From Podarcis bocagei (Eukaryota): a DNA stretch of 64,000 bases. Both the position numbers and the translations under genes were made by a program. Position 1 is the stretch's first letter; each line of letters opens with the position of its first letter. The notes beneath the pieces are model-generated. The model ran no database searches. It saw only the letters and a list, made by a program, of their open reading frames with translations, and had not been told where the DNA came from. The DNA is taken from assembly GCA_964188305.1 (NCBI GenBank), contig OZ076899.1. One strand, written 5' to 3'. Shown one piece after another: positions 32,518 to 44,500 of this stretch.

Positions 32518-35500
32518 TTACATCCTTGAACCTCGCTCCTGCAAGATCTGGAAGGAAACAAACAAAAAGTGGTGAGATTCTGCATGGTAAGGTTCTCCAG
32601 CAAGACTCACACAGTGGAAAGACTCCGGCATTCTTGAAGGCAAAACCTTAAAACAGGCAAACAAGCTGATTTTGTTCTCTGACGCAAGACACCTTGGCAC
32701 ATGATGATGAACTAGGCAATCAGCTGCTACTCAAAACATAGGAAGTTAATTAAGGGAACTGCCAACAGGCCAGACTCACCCATTCCCTACAAAACTAGCT
32801 AGGCTGTACAACTAGGCCAGTGTATGTGAGTGGTCCAGCTCCCAGTTTGAAAAGAACAGTTGTGGATTAAAAAATGGGCCATTTATGCGATCAACAGCTC
32901 GCTTTGCTGATTATGTTCTCACTAAGCGTTAGTGGTAAGAAGCGTTTGAGAGTAGAATGGACTCCCTCGGAAGGTGTGGGCTCTTCTTCCTTGGAGGTTT
33001 TCAAGCAGAGGTTGGATGGCCATCTGTCAGGGATTCTTCAGCTGTGATTCCTGCATTGCAAGGAGTTGGACTAAATGACCCTTGGAGATCCATTTCCAAC
33101 TCTACAATTCTATGACTCTATAGCATTTATTAGTATGACATATGCAATCTGCAAGTAGGGGTGCAGCCACTGGAAATCCCCCTCCCCTCCTAAAGGTTAA
33201 TTCAAATGAACAACAGTTGTAGATCACAACCTGAGGCTGCAGAACCATGCCTGCCTGGGTACTTTGCTCCAGTTTTGATGCCCTCCCTTTAGTGCTTATT
33301 TTACTGTTTTTCAAGCAATGAGGATGTCTTCAGTAGCGAGTGTGCTAGATTTAAAGTTTCTAATACAGTACAGCCTGTCTGCCTTGTCCAAAGAAAGATG
33401 TACAAATACCCCACTTTCTGGTGTGTCCAGTCATCAGTCTTAGTTTGCGTATATACAATACTGAAGGATTATGCACTTTAATTGGGAGGGGGTACACTTC
33501 ACTCTCCTCTTTGAGGCAGAAATGTGTAACACATTTTTAGACAATTGTAAGGTCCCTCTATCAAATTTTCAGCAATTGGGATCTAGTTACTGAGATTTAA
33601 TAATTCCATAGTATAACTTAACATTCTGAAGGAACGATATGTAAATATCCTGGCTTCGTGGATTTTTCCAGCAATTAAGTATCTTGCCCTGTATCAGGGT
33701 TGGAGAACCCTTTTGGCTGCTTCCTCCCTGCATGGAACCTGGGTGGTGATGACATCAACTACCAGAAGAAACCACCATAAAACTCCAAGTCACTTTGGAG
33801 ACACCTTGGCCAAGAACAGGAAATAAAGGTGTTGCAGTGGCAGGCTGTGCACTCTGACACTTCACAGGTGGCCTCGGTTGCCCACAAGCTGCTGCCTTCC
33901 TCCTCGCCTGGGGATGTGCAGTACAGATCAGAGGTACTTTTCAGCCCTCAACTGAAGGACCTGGGAAGGGCACTCAAAGAGCCACATTCCAGGCCACTAT
34001 TTGTGTTGCTTGAGGAGGACAAGGACTAAGGAGAACTCAGTGCAGTGGCTCTGCCAGAGAATCAAGGAGCCTCACTCCTTGGCTTCACCAAGCAAGGATA
34101 AGATAGTTCAAATAATAACATGAATCATCATTATTTTTAAAGACCCTTATCTGCTTAATAGCACTGGCATGTTGGGAACCCAAAACATCTCAGGGCAAAA
34201 TATCCCTTGTAGCCAACACAGTGTGTCTTGATGTTTCAGCACTGCGTCACTTGGCCAGCAACACCTGCAGTTTCCACTATGCCTCTTCCTCATCCAAAGA
34301 ATTTCCAGGGACCTTCTCTGTAAAATCCTCACCTGTTTCTCCTCTTTGCATCAGCACTGATGAAAATGGATAGTGTTGGCCTTGAACAGGGACAAATCCC
34401 CACTCAGGGCAAGCAGGGAAAAACACAACATGCCTTGCTTTTACTAGATTGTCGCTAGGGAAATAAGAGTCAACAACACATCAGCTGCATTAAAAACAAC
34501 TCAGGACCTTGATTGTGGAATCCACTAGGTAGCTCAAGGCCAGTCCCTCACACAGTAATGTAGGGCTTTATATACTTGGAGGAGGGGCACACTACGGGTG
34601 TGTGAAGCACAGGGAATTTCCAGCCAATCCCAGTGCTGCTTTCAGGTACAGCCGCCATTGGAAAAGTTCACACCTCCTGACTCAGACTCCTGGCACCCTT
34701 CTCCCCACCTCTTTCTCCTTTCATCATGGCAAAACAGGGAAGGTGTACACACTTGTAGTCTGCTCACTCAGCAAAAGAACCAGACCAACTTTCTGCTACA
34801 GTTCTGGCAGCCATGGTGACAATCCTTCTGCTCTTTTTGAATCGTTAGGCCAGTCTTGAGGCTGGCCTGCAAACATGAGGCTGTTCCCTCCAGAAAGAAA
34901 AGAACCAAGATTATTTTTGAGCAGGAGACTCCTCTTGGAATGAACCTACTGGATCTAGTCCACTATCCTGTTATTACAGTGGTCAACCACTGTGAAGCTC
35001 ACAAGCAGAATATCGGTGCAACAGGTGCACCATCTGCCCACTTACACTCCCCAACAACTGACTCCAATACTGGCTATGGGCCTCATAGCTATCTACAGTC
35101 TCCTCCTCCTCCTCCTCCTCTATAATTCTGTCAAATCCTCTTTCAAAGCCATCATCTTGCAGGAGTGTGCACTGTGTTAGGAAGCACTTCCTTTTCTCTA
35201 TCCCGAATCTTCCAGCATGCAGCTTCCTTGATGACCCCTCTGAATTCTAGTATTAGGAGGGAGAAAGAAACTCTATCCACTTTCTCCACAAACACAGAGT
35301 TCTTTCCAATTTGTTTCCCCTGCTCTCATAGCAGATGAGATGCACCCAAACTCAAAGAGAAAGCAATTGTAGACATCTGATTGAAGACAATGTTTCATGG
35401 CATGCAATCCGGAATTCCTGAAGGCGTACTAGTTAAAAAAAGAAAAGAGCAAGCAACCCAAAGTCTGTGGCCATCATAGGAAGGCAACCTGGCTCAGACC

Positions 35501-38500
35501 TTTTGGCCCCTACCTTCCCCTGGTTTTCTAAAGTGAAAAGCAGATGGGTGGAGTCTTGCTTTCCTCCCTGTGAGAAGAGCCACAAAAACACATTTCCTCT
35601 GAAGAGGACCAACAGCAGCAGGAAGTAAAGGAGCCAACACACAAGTGGACCACTAGGCAGTCTAGGGGCCTACGGCTACCCGGCAACGAGGTCAAGGCAG
35701 CAACTACAAACACAAAACAAGATGCACCAGTGGGAGAGGCCAGAGGGAGGACAGGCAGGTGGGTGAAGTCCTAGTGCTCACCATGGCATTCACACTTAAT
35801 CTGAGTCATTCATATCGTAATCCGTCTCTTCGTCTTCACTCTGAGTTTCATGAAGCAAGTGCAAAGAGCAGGAAGGAAAGGAAAAGAAAAGAGTGCAAGG
35901 TGAGTAAAGTACAAACGTCCCCAGGCTGCCTGAGAGAGGATTCAAGGCTTCTGCTTGGTGATCTTTGGACAACTGGCCCATTCACTTCAACAGCTGCCCT
36001 ACACAAGGAGATCCAGGAAAGAGATCCGGAAAAGTCTGGCCTGGATTTGTCTTAGCAAGAGACTTCTGGCCAAGCCAGACCCTGAATTGTGAAGGGTGAC
36101 CCAGAAGAGTCTTCTGTGAGTTGATCCCAGAAGCAATCCAACAGCGCAGCCAGCCAGCCAGTCAATCGTTGGAAGAGCAGCTACAACGCAAGGAAAAAGC
36201 CACCACAGTGTGAAGAGGGCAAACCACCACTGAAAACAGCTGTCAAGCTGCCAAGCAGCAGCAAAACACCCATATCCAGTGTCAAGGACCCTCTGGCACA
36301 GCAAGGGACATGGCACACAGGGCTGCAATAGGTGGGTGTGTTGAAAACAGAGTGTCTCACCTTGCACTAGAGTAAGTCACTGGTTACCATCCCATAGGTT
36401 TCACATCCAGAAGAGGCAAATAGTTTACGGTCAAATCCCACCTTTTGGTGGCTAAACATTACTAGTCTGGAAACACTGGAAATTGAACTTTCGTCCACAG
36501 ACCAAAAACAGTATTTCTGATTTATGTGCTTTCATGTGAAAGCAGTTTAGTAACTTTCAGGGTGTCTGGCTCAGATGCTGTAATTCCATATTCCCTCTTC
36601 CTTTTGTCTAACTTCCCCCAACCAACTTTTTTGGTTAATCAAGATTTAATTGGGCATGGGAGCCCGAGTTGTTTTTTTGTTGATATATTTAAAAGCAAAC
36701 TCTTAAGGATGTGCATAAGAGCTACCTCTCTGTTCAAAAGAACTGTCCCTTTGCCCTGTGTCCCAGCCACCATCACCCCACCCCCATACAACCTTTCCTG
36801 ATAAACATCCAAACAGTTTCTTAGCTGGTTAGCAGCTGCTCTGCAGGGTGTGAGCTGGAGAGCACCCAATGCCTGCAAGGACACCTGGATTCCACCTCGT
36901 GTGCCAGAGGTCTTGTTGAACTATGACTGGAAGTCATAGTGAAGATGCAAGAAGCTGGGCTTCCTTGTGTCTGCGGGCTCTGCCCTGCACCTTTACTAAT
37001 TCACCCAACTCCAACATCATCTTCCTCCTTCTCAACAGGCATAAATCCTAGCATGGCCACTTCTCTCTAGCATGCAAATGCCACACAATGCAAGAGTGCC
37101 AGATGAACACAAAAGACCTTGCTTCTGTCTGTGCCCTCTTCATTAATTCAGGAGTTCATGCAAGGATCTTGAAGCTTAGATCTTTCTGAACATCACTATA
37201 GCATCTGGCACATCATTTGCACCTTCAGAAACAATCACTCTACAATCTGGCTGTCTGTTTACAAAGCCAAAGGCCAAGGGAAAGCATAAGGTAGAGAGTG
37301 AAATAGGACAGTGAGACAGAAATCACACATTTGCTTCCAAGCTGCCTGGCACACTGTTTGCCAGCTTCTTGGACAACAGCAGCAGCAGCTTCATTTAAAA
37401 AGGTGCAGATGGATGGAAGATGAAGGGCCCAGCGCAGAGAGGATATCCCAGGGAGGGAGGCTGGGGGAAGAGGGGGAAGCTCCCATGTAAGAGCTGGGAG
37501 GGTTCACCCGTTTGTGTGTGGAATAAAGGTCAATATATAATTATGATAGAGAACCTTTTATTTTCTTCTTCTTCTCCTCATCTCTTTCTACTTCTTTATT
37601 GTCTTCTTTTGTGTGCCTATTTATCTTCTTTTGCTTAGTTTGCTTTCATTGTATTTTATGTTGAAAACTCAATGAAAAATGTGCAGAGAGGGCTGGCATT
37701 AACTTATGCCCATGGCACAACTGTGTTAATTAACAATTATGCAAGGATGGTATGACACCAGAACCTTGGTTCATCTCAGTCGACTGTAGCCTGGCATAGG
37801 CCTGATGAATCTTAGGACATATGCCCCTTTGCCTTTCTTTCCCCCACCCCCCGGAATTCTGACCCTTTTGTCTCTATTGGATGCCCCATGACATGAATGC
37901 AGACATCCTGATTTTAACCGCAGCAAAGCAGCCAGACAATAACACTGGCAACCAAGGGCAGGGCCTCTAATTATAGTCCTGTCAGCAGAGTGCTTTCTCA
38001 GGCCAGAGGGAAATTTCTCGCCATGATTTATGGAAAAGCTAGGAGTAGATCAAGGGATTGTTTAACTCAGGGGGGCTAAGACAGCCAGAATTGGGCTCCA
38101 CGTTGGCCCCAGGACAGGAGATGTTAGTCACACACCGGACTCTCACCACTTTTTCGAAAGTAAGAATATCATTGACATTATTGATCAAGTTTCACTAAAA
38201 GTGTATTTCAGCAGCGAGTCTTTGAATTGTGTAGGTGGGGGGAATTCCTCAGAGCTCCACTTTGCCTCTTTCACCCTGCACTCACAAGGAAAGCTTTTGC
38301 TGGATTTAAGGCCATGAAACTTTGGGTACCTCAAGTTGGAAACTGGAGAGAAAGAGAACCCCGAAGTCATGGGATTCCCTACCTTTCCTTCTCCCAACAC
38401 AGGGCATCTTAAATTCTCCAGCTTAGAGTTATGGGTGTGTTAGAATCATAATCAAAAGCACCTGCAAGTCTATATACCGTATTGGCCCGAATATAAGCTG

Positions 38501-41500
38501 CACCCAAATATAAGCTGCACCTTTAAAATTGGAGGGGGGGGGGGAAAGAAAATATACTTGAATATATGCTGCTCCCATCCTTGCTGCTTCTGGTTGCATA
38601 CTGGGCAGGGGGGAGCTGCGCTGCATTGCCAGCGGCCTTTCCCCTTCCTCATTCTCTCCCTTCCTGGTCCTGGGGGAGAGGACGGGGAACTACGTGCAGG
38701 GCGAGCACTACTTTGCCGCATTCCTGCCGCTGTTTGCCTTGCACTCCTGGCTGCATACCGTAAGGTCGCAAATATAAGCCACACTTTTCACGGTCGGAAA
38801 TTGGGGGGAAAGTGTGGCTTATATTCAGGCCAACAAGGCATGCCTGTGTTGGCATACATAAATTAGCCTTGACACTGAAATGTGATTTATATGCCTTTAT
38901 TTTTTGGTTGCAATAAATGAAGGTTTCCGTGTTGGTGGGTGCGTCTGTGTTTTTTGGGTTGCACCCAGATGCAGGCACACCTAGAATAGCACCTGTCATT
39001 TTCCAGAAAAAGGTTTAGCTGCTCTTTGGGAGTTGGGTGTTTGAGGATTAGACATCCATAACCATCACAGATTCTTTTTGCATGGGGCAGGGTATCTTCA
39101 TACAGTTGAGTTTAACAGCAATAAAATGGACAGAAGCCTAAAATGGCTTATGAAGGCACCTCAGTGCTCTATCACACCCAAGGCTGGTTTACTGTAGCTC
39201 CTGCAGAAGAGGTGTGATGTTGGAGCCTCCTTTTTCCACAACTGCTCAGTGTGCTCATGTGTGTCTTGTGCTTGGACACCTGAGAAAGGGTGGGCAGAGG
39301 ATACCCAAGCAAGCTCCTTTCTTAGTAGCAACTGGCAAACAACCTTTGATGGCAGAGGAAGGCAGCAGCTGGGCCTTGCTCCACCCTGAAGATGACTCAC
39401 CTTTGCCTTTTCGCTGGGCTCACTGGCCGTGCCATAAGGGGTGTTGTGCAGCTCCTTGGAAACAACACAAAGGAATTCGGCCTGGTCTTCATTCCCATAG
39501 TTATAGGAAGATCCAATGCTGACTAGCTGGAGGTGGGAAAGAGAGACAACTGAGGGGGGCTGTTCTTGTGCTTCAGACAGAACTTAATAAGGGATTACAA
39601 CCAAAGCTCTGACAGTCAACATTCTGGGCTATTAAATAAAGGTGGAGCTCTCTCCTTCCTGTTCCCACAAGGGGCATCTAACATTAAGAGTGGCCCCTGT
39701 CCCTTCCTATAATTCATGCTCAGGCAGGAGAGTGTGGCATTGTGCAGATAGGAGGCGTCAGTGTTTCACAGGGAGTGTAAGCAGTCCTGACCACACAGAG
39801 CACTGACTGTGTAAACACACAGCTGTGAAACTCCTAGAATGTTGCACAGAAGGAAGACTGCAGGCCTAGAGCCATCCACAATGGATGTACAAAATACAGG
39901 CCCAGAAACAGAGTTGTGGGGATTCCACACTCTTCTTTGCTCTTGGAGAGCTAGTGCCTGTTGAGGGACAGTTCTGAGCCAAAAAGATTTTGCTTGATTC
40001 CTCCTGCTCTCCAAATCTCCATTAACTGAGAATCTTCCACCACAGAGAGCTGCGGTGCTTGTACAAACAAATACCAGTGATCTGATCAGTACTGCAATAC
40101 TGATGGCAGGATCTGAAGCACTGGCACTGACATGGCATCTTGGTGGACAAACATAACTACATGGCTACAGTTTAGAGCCCAGTTACAAGAATTTCTAATT
40201 TTTAGCTGTTTTTTGTGTGTAACAGTGTTCATATCACCACCAGTTAATCCCAGAGGACTATGTTTCCAAGAGCTCTCTACATAAAAAGTGGAGCAAATGG
40301 ATCTTTGCCTTGAAATGGCCACATGGCACAGTGCTGGAGGAATGAAGTGCTTCGTGCCTGCTGTGTGATTTCCCATGGAAATGCCAAGAAGGTGCAACAG
40401 GCTGAGAGTATAAGCTGCAAATCAAGCATCTCCTAAGGCACAAGCTCAGTGGCACATCCAAAGGCTTATTCCCAGTAGGGAAATAATGATATTGACCTTC
40501 TCTACAGAGTTACTTTAAGAAAAAACTAGAGTTAATATGTGACACACTTTGAGCAACCAGGCAAACTGCTGTAAAAGAGCAAACATTTGTCTGAGTTTCC
40601 TGACCATTCCAGGACCCAAGCCCACAACACCCACAATTATTCCAACCCTCACACTCCTCTGCTTTTTTGTTTGTTTGTATGGTCCTTGAAAGATTGAAGT
40701 GTTTGCTTCCCGTTCTCTTACCTGCTCAAATTTCCAGCCATCAGACATGGTGGAGACCATCTGAGTCAACTCCTCTTCCTGGCACTGCAGCACCCTGTAA
40801 ACGTGCTTGACTGGCACCTTTGGTGAAAAACACAGAGAGACAGCTGAAAGATGAAGCAGGCCAAGAATGGCCACTGGTTTCAACCATCATGTCTTCCAAA
40901 CGAGTCCCTTCTCCGTTACCATTGAGCTCCAGAGTGCAAAAAAGCCACTTGCCTCAGCCTCTGCTGAGATCTCTCTGCTGCCCTCCTCCCTTTTGGCATT
41001 GCCACAAGCACAAACATTTCACTCACGGAAGGAAAAAGGGCATCTGATACCACCAGAAGCCACTTCTCATAATTCCCTCAGTTTGGGCACCAAACACAGC
41101 CACACATTCTGAAATGAAGTCAAGCCAAGGCTACCTCAAAAACAAATCAATTTTTAAAAAACTAGCAGGTCCTACCTGTGAGATTTTGCTGTCTCGTTCC
41201 CTTATTTTGTCCTTTACAAGTTTGATTAAGGATGTGATGTTGTAGAATTCAGCTTCTTCAAGCACACCTGATTGGAGGGGAACACAAAGTCAAAAGAGGG
41301 CCTCATAAAACTCCAGCTACTTGTGAGAAAGTCTGTGTCACAAACAGGCCCTGAGAGGCACTGCATGGCCAAGCAGCAGAGTGTCCCTCTGAAGCACTGC
41401 CCTGGTCAGGATGAGGCAGGGCCTCTGCTCCAAGACCAAAGCAGAAAGAGAAAGCCCAGGAGTAAGGAGAGTGTTCCAGGAAGGTCACGCACCAGCCAAC

Positions 41501-44500
41501 AACCTCCCCAAAACAGTGACCTCACAGCACTTCAGGTGCTGGAACCTGGTATCTAAAGGATCATTCAGGTCTCAAGATCTGAAGGCCACTGCAAGTTGCA
41601 GAGCAATGCTACAAACTAGCCCAGCCCAAACAGGCTGCCATGCTTTGCATATGTGAAACCAATTACTGTACACCCAAAGTGATTTTTCACAGCTGTGATC
41701 AAACATTAAAGCAGTTATCCTAAACAGCAAAACATACCTTCCTCTGCGAGGTCTTTATTGATAACCAGTTTCCCGTGTCGGAGATAATTCAACACCGGTC
41801 CAAAGTAGGTTGGATCTCTGTCTATTAAGTAGGCACCTGTTTCATCCTAATTAAAATATGTGTGTTACTTATTTATATAGAAATTGTCTTATCACACTTA
41901 AGCCATCCTATTCCCAGATCAGCCAACTAAATTAAAATACCAGATTAAATTAGTGTGAGACCCCACAGAGATCCTGACATTCCAACCCTGACATACCCTC
42001 ATCCATGTCATAAACCAGAAGCTTCCACCATGGATTCAGTGCACCGCATTAATGAATAATCAGAGCTTCAGTATGAAGGTCTTAATTGTGAAACAGAGCT
42101 ACTGCTCAGCTGGTTTCTAATCTCTAATCAATTACCGCAAGGGACTGTGAAAATTAATAATTTGGCTCAAATGACAATCAGTATTAATGTGGGGTAAGAA
42201 AAGCTTAATAACGTTTATCCAAATGAGAACCATCCATTTTATTCAACCAGTAGTTATGATCTTTATACTAAATAATAAACCTAAAATTGCAACCAAAGCA
42301 ATAAAGCCCTCAAATCTCTGGGTTAGATCCAGGCTTAGAAATGTAATGAATGGTCCCTACAGTTCATAAAATGCGCTCTGACTGAGTTGAGGTATCCATT
42401 GCAGGAAGAGGGCTTTCTCCAATTCTCCCTGCAGACCCCAGCAATCTCCCCTACCCAAAGGTTCTGGTGGGTCCCTCAATCAAATGGAGCAGATTTTTGG
42501 AAGGCAAAAGGAACCGAACAGGAAATCAGCAAAAATCTCCTCCTTCTGTCAAGAAGAGTGGCTGCTTAATAAAACATCCAAGGGGCTTAAAAGGTATTTT
42601 GTTACACACCTGTACAGAAATATGATTTTGTAGAAGGTTGCCAGAGCCCTTTGAATTCACTTTATTTTTATGAGCTGAACACAAAAATTCACCATCCAAT
42701 CAAGGCTCACAGCATTTTCCTGAACGACAATTTTGTTATTGTGCTTTCCCATAGGGGTGGTTCCAATTATTAAATTTGCCCTGATATTATTTGTTTTTAT
42801 TACACTGGCTTCAATATTTGCAATTTATAATATTTAGAGGGGGAAATGAGTTGGGGGGGATATGGCAGAAGTGTATAAAATTATGCATGGTGTACAGAAA
42901 CCTCTCCCTCCCTCAAGACTCAGGGCCACACAACAGGTTGAACTTTTGAAGATTTAGAACAGACAAAACGAAGGACTTTTCATTCATTTTTCCTTGATAT
43001 AGAAATATGGATGTTGTGACAATAATAATAAATAAAAGTGAAAATGCAAAAACAACACTAAAATAAAGGAAATCACAAGAACTGAATTTCCACTAGGATT
43101 TTTTAAAAAGAAAAAAGGAAGGACTTCTTCACACAGCACATAGTTAAACTACAGAATTTACTCCTGCAAGAAGTAGTGATGACCACCAACTTGAACGGCT
43201 TTTAAAAAGGATCGGAGAAATTCATGGAAGATATGGCAACCAATGGCTACTAGCCACAATGGCTATGCTCCACCTCCGCTGTCAGAGGTGCTATGTCTCT
43301 GAAGCTCAGTTGGAGGGAAACCCAAAAGGGAGAGTGCTGCTGCTGCTGCTGTGCTCAGGTCGTGTTTGTGGCCTATTCATTTGAGCTTTGTAAACTGCTT
43401 TGATTTTTTTCCTATGAAATAGTGGTATATAAGTATTTTTAATAAATGCCCATAGGAATACAGAGAAACATCAGACAACATTTTTACATGAAAATGCCCC
43501 AAATTCACTATCAAAAGACAATGAACATTATAAAATTGTAAAACTAATACTACGTGATGCTTGTGGTGCAAAAAAACTGGGAATGAAGAAGCACTGATCT
43601 TCATACATCTTTTTTTTTTTACAAATAGAACCCTTGACCACCTTTGTCTTATCATTATAGTTCACTCCTCTGGTTACTCACTACAAAAATCAGCTTCTTG
43701 TTGCTGTACACAGCCCATTTCTGATGGCCAGATCCTGATGGATCCATTTAATGATTAAATGTAAACTCAAATCCCACTCTGGATATTCATGGCTTACCAA
43801 TTCAGTGTCTGTTCTGGTACTTCCAGGACATAACATACAATATTTGTAGCACGATGCTACAAGGTCTTTTGCATTCTTGTTGCAAACTTCAGGCCAATAA
43901 ATTTTTTGGTGCTCTCAGTCCATGCTGTGAAGATCCACACTGAAGGATCCAGGTCCTGTTGCATTGATTGGTATCTTACAATAAATATACAGCCTACTTG
44001 TGGATGGATGGGTTTTGAGGATGCAAATTATCTCTCTAAGTATGCAACATCTGCATTGCAAAACTCACAATTCTGGTGAGTCTTTGCACCACTAGCAAAA
44101 ACATGAGACCTGGAAATGGCTTTTCTTGGAACTGAATGAGTTTTACCATGGGTCTAATTTCTGGCACCATGATGAACTGTGATTTTATGGAGCAGCCCAT
44201 GGACAAAGATATAAGCATTGGTTTGATAGTGGATTTGAGGCACCTTCATGTAAAAACCATGGATCCATGAGAATCTATCCAGCTCTTTCCCCCACTTCAT
44301 TACAGGCTTGCCACAGTTCTAAAGTTAGAAAGCAGAGTTTGGCACAGAGGTGTACAATGTGAGGTCCAGCAGCACTGGATTTTGCTGACCCCATGATTAA
44401 AGAGCACAATCAAGAGCACAGCTCTATTCTTATCAGAAAACAAATCTGAGTAGACTGTAATCTTGCACTGCTGAGCTTACTCAACTGACCTAATAAATAT

